A stretch of DNA of 64,000 bases from Bacteroidales bacterium. Its GTDB lineage: Bacteria > Bacteroidota > Bacteroidia > Bacteroidales > Muribaculaceae. Within the stretch, counting starts at the first letter, position 1; every line of letters begins with the position of its first letter. Where the stretch lies: positions 1,020 through 65,019 of the forward strand of contig CAAFXO010000016.1 of assembly GCA_900766975.1 (NCBI GenBank), written 5' to 3'. Position numbers and translations under genes: made by a program. The notes beneath the pieces are model-generated. The model was not told where the DNA came from, searched no databases, and was given only the letters and a program-made list of their open reading frames with translations. Positions 62,127 through 64,000 of the stretch are shown here, piece after piece.

Positions 62127-62134
62127 TATCTTTG
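62127..62134 (+). promoter_or_regulatory. -7 box TATCTTTG with no ORF downstream
   Basis: Exact TAnnTTTG. The next ORFs are no longer than 16 codons. Confidence 0.35.
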
Positions 62135-62140
62135 CAAAGA

Positions 62141-62389
62141 AAATCGGTGATGAGGGCTGATTACAGCGCGAGCCGATTGACATGATATCCCCCTGACAAG
62201 GGATATCATGAGTTCCGTTTCATTGACAAAAAGTATATCGTATATATCGTTTCATTGACAAATTATTGTTGCATTAGTAAAGTTATGGATTAATAGTTTA
62301 ATCAATTAGAATTAGGACACACGGTCGCACTTCGAAGGATTTTGAGGTCGATCGGGAAAAAAGAGACACAGTGATGCGTCTCTTTTTTT
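62141..62389 (+). ncRNA. candidate ~250-nt non-coding transcript (family unknown)
   Basis: Bounded by the -7 box at 62127 and the terminator at 62357-62389. It contains a perfect 11-bp hairpin CATGATATCCC / GGGATATCATG (62181-62210) and two copies of CGTTTCATTGACAAA 32 bp apart. I see no tmRNA, RNase P, SRP or tRNA signatures. Confidence 0.3.
62357..62389. terminator. A-tract / hairpin / T-tract terminator
   Basis: AAAAAAGAGAC (62357-62367) pairs with GTCTCTTTTTT (62378-62388), with a 10-nt loop. The symmetric A/T tracts suggest bidirectional use. Confidence 0.6.
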
Positions 62390-62499
62390 CGTATATGCAC
62401 ATTGGGAGAGAAAATATCGCCCGGCCTACACTTCACATTTATTAACATTGTTTTACACTTATTAATTTAGCTCTGCCAAGAAGTAGCAGTGCGGCTTAT

Positions 62500-62507
62500 T
62501 AATTTTG
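62500..62507 (+). promoter_or_regulatory. -7 box TAATTTTG upstream of the phage-like genes
   Basis: Exact TAnnTTTG, 192 nt before the ATG at 62699. Confidence 0.35.
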
Positions 62508-62639
62508 CAACGAGTTATCAAAGATGCGTTCCGGATAGAGAGCGATGGGCGCCATGACAACTCTGCAGACATAGAATAAGAATGATCTGAAATACCTTAT
62601 TCCACACATCTTTACACTTACAATTTATATCATTAACGG

Positions 62640-62676
62640 GGGATCCGAGGTCGGGTCCGAGCCGGAGTCGGATCCC
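62640..62676 (+). other. GC-rich branched hairpin in the 5' leader of ORF 62699
   Basis: GGGATCCGA (62640-62648) pairs with TCGGATCCC (62668-62676). The 19-nt GC-rich loop contains an internal TCCG/CGGA mini-stem. The structure ends 22 nt before the ATG and no U-tract follows. Confidence 0.55.
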
Positions 62677-62698
62677 TCATTACTAAAAAGAGACTATT

Positions 62699-63115
62699 AT
62701 GAAGAAACAGGGCAGCACATCAGATTTCACCGACGATCGCAACCGGGAGTTGCATCGTCGATTTATGGATATCCTCCGCACATCGCGAGGTGTTGCGCTC
62801 CGGGATATGTTTGGCATGGCAGCCTCGCGACCTGCCTCCCGATTTTGGGTGAGTGAGCAACGGGCAGCGATCGTCGTCTCGGCGATGTTGCAAGGGCGAT
62901 CGTTGGGGCGGATCAATCAGAAGCGACGGGAGATGTATGAAGAGATAACCCGTCGCGTCAAGAGGGTACTGGCATATCATCCCGAGATGACGCTACTCGC
63001 GGCATGCAGCGAAGTGATCTATCAAGAGGCGCCGGAATTTTACCTCACCGACGAATCGGCACGTTGCATCATCTACCGCACCCGCAAAAGTCGGCGTCAT
63101 CATCAAGCCATCTGA
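62699..63115 (+). CDS. hypothetical basic protein, first gene of a phage-like module (small-terminase position)
   Basis: 138 aa, Arg-rich, with no motif I recognise. Called on length, codon usage like its neighbour, and its position directly upstream of the terminase-like ORF. Confidence 0.5.
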   Translation: MKKQGSTSDFTDDRNRELHRRFMDILRTSRGVALRDMFGMAASRPASRFWVSEQRAAIVVSAMLQGRSLGRINQKRREMYEEITRRVKRVLAYHPEMTLLAACSEVIYQEAPEFYLTDESARCIIYRTRKSRRHHQAI

Positions 63116-63160
63116 CAACACAATCACACTACCCATCCAACAGCAAACACTATTACCGAC

Positions 63161-64000
63161 ATGACAACAATATTTAACAATCTACAGATACCCGATCCGG
63201 AGATGCTCGACGAAGTGGAGCGCATCCTCGCTGAAGATGCGCGACGCATGGCAGCGATCCGCGCCCCCTTCGACCCGGTGAGTGGAGAGAACTCCACAGG
63301 GGAGCGATTCCTCTTCGAAGTGGAGGGACTGCCGACGGCATGGCTACCCGAATCGATGCGGAGAGAGCCGGAGATATCCTCCCTACTGCGACATGGTAGT
63401 GTCGATGCCTGGCTTGAGGCACGCGAGAGGCGCAGCATCGTGCAACGCGACCGTCAGCGGCTTGCCGACCGGATCGACCGCATCCGCCAGCGCCACGACT
63501 TCCCCTACTGGGCAGCCACCCGCGCATATATCAAGAACAAGCAGGGTGGCGACGACATGCTCTTCCGTCTCAACCGTCCCCAGCGCAAACTCGTGGAGAG
63601 TTTCGAGAAAATGCGCCTTGCCGACCGCCCCATCCGACTCATCCTGCTAAAGGCGAGACAATGGGGAGGAAGCACCTGTACCCAGCTATACATGGCATGG
63701 CTGCAACTCGTGCATCAACGAGGACTCAACTCGCTGATTATCGCCCATCAGGGAGTAGCGAGCGACGAGATCAAAGACATGTTCGACCGCATGATCGAGC
63801 GCTATCCCCTCGACCTGCTCTACGACGAAGGAGACAAACCGAAGAAGGGAGAGAAACTTGTGGAATGGGTAGGGAAGACCCGCTCCATGTTTCGCGTGCC
63901 GGCGCGCAACTGCAAAGTAAAATTAGGCACAGCGGAGAAGCCTCACTCCTGTCGCGGTGGCGACTACAGTTTGGTCCACTGCTCCGAGGTGGGCATATGG
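63161..64000 (+). CDS. phage terminase large subunit-like ATPase, N-terminal 280 codons; continues beyond the right window edge
   Basis: Own translation from the ATG at 63161: MTTIFNNLQIPDPEML...RLILLKARQWGGSTCTQLYMAWL (Walker A-like KARQxGxS/T)...GDYSLVHCSEVGIW (Walker B-like hhhh-x-SE). It is open to base 64000, and is not in the ORF track because no stop lies in the window. Confidence 0.55.
   Translation, partial: MTTIFNNLQIPDPEMLDEVERILAEDARRMAAIRAPFDPVSGENSTGERFLFEVEGLPTAWLPESMRREPEISSLLRHGSVDAWLEARERRSIVQRDRQRLADRIDRIRQRHDFPYWAATRAYIKNKQGGDDMLFRLNRPQRKLVESFEKMRLADRPIRLILLKARQWGGSTCTQLYMAWLQLVHQRGLNSLIIAHQGVASDEIKDMFDRMIERYPLDLLYDEGDKPKKGEKLVEWVGKTRSMFRVPARNCKVKLGTAEKPHSCRGGDYSLVHCSEVGIW

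Noticed and set aside
62141-62389. The non-coding unit as tmRNA, RNase P RNA, SRP RNA, 6S RNA or a tRNA remnant
   Set aside because: It has no tRNA-like 3' end or tag ORF, no GGAAAGUCCGGGC core, no SRP GGAA/AGCAG helix-8 motif and no cloverleaf. 6S cannot be judged by eye. I therefore left it as a candidate of unknown family rather than naming it.

Overview
This 64-kb chromosomal segment looks like a Bacteroidales (Bacteroidota) genome. TAnnTTTG -7 promoter boxes precede most transcription units, T9SS-type C-terminal sorting domains are present, and the gene families are Bacteroides-like. All identifications rest on my reading of the supplied translations and on motif recall; no database search was possible.

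I call 48 protein genes (two cut by the window edges) and one tRNA-Asp(GUC). There is no rRNA, CRISPR, integrase or transposase.

Layout:
- 1-5.9 kb: aminopeptidase P (partial), GH13 amylase, leuS.
- 6-17.3 kb: surface-glycan / T9SS-related genes. These are an EpsG/Wzy-like protein, an in-frame RdgB::PorZ-like ORF, a BspA-type LRR protein, three GT2s, a GH3-family adenylating enzyme and an initiating sugar transferase.
- 17.3-19.2 kb: trmB and mrp.
- 19.3-26 kb, minus strand: export operon of a WecA-like transferase, Wza, Wzc, a PHP Tyr-phosphatase and a MATE transporter.
- 26.2 kb: panB.
- 27.4-53.3 kb: an uninterrupted same-strand block of 19 nucleotide-biosynthesis genes, carAB-pyrC-pyrK-pyrD-pyrF-pyrE-pyrB then purE-purL-purC-purM-purH-purD-folD-purB-purA-guaB-guaA.
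- 53.4-58.2 kb: tnaA, a LolE/FtsX permease, rbfA, an O-methyltransferase, aroQ and tRNA-Asp.
- 58.7-62 kb: mtaB, a GT2 and surE.
- From about 62 kb: a 740-bp non-coding junction, then the start of a phage-like module with a terminase large subunit running off the window.

Most worth a second look:
1. rdgB has no stop codon and runs in frame into a signal peptide, a double propeller and a T9SS CTD (PorZ-like).
2. The 26-kb nucleotide supra-operon, whose PyrB carries a fused PyrI zinc domain but no allosteric domain.
3. Two short-period tandem arrays placed exactly at gene 3' ends: 20 x 9 bp with an invariant ACGT core, and 14 x 7 bp AGGARWT.
4. A promoter-to-terminator unit of about 250 nt with no ORF, next to the phage junction.

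I found no recognisable defence-system content, and most of the window is ordinary housekeeping DNA.
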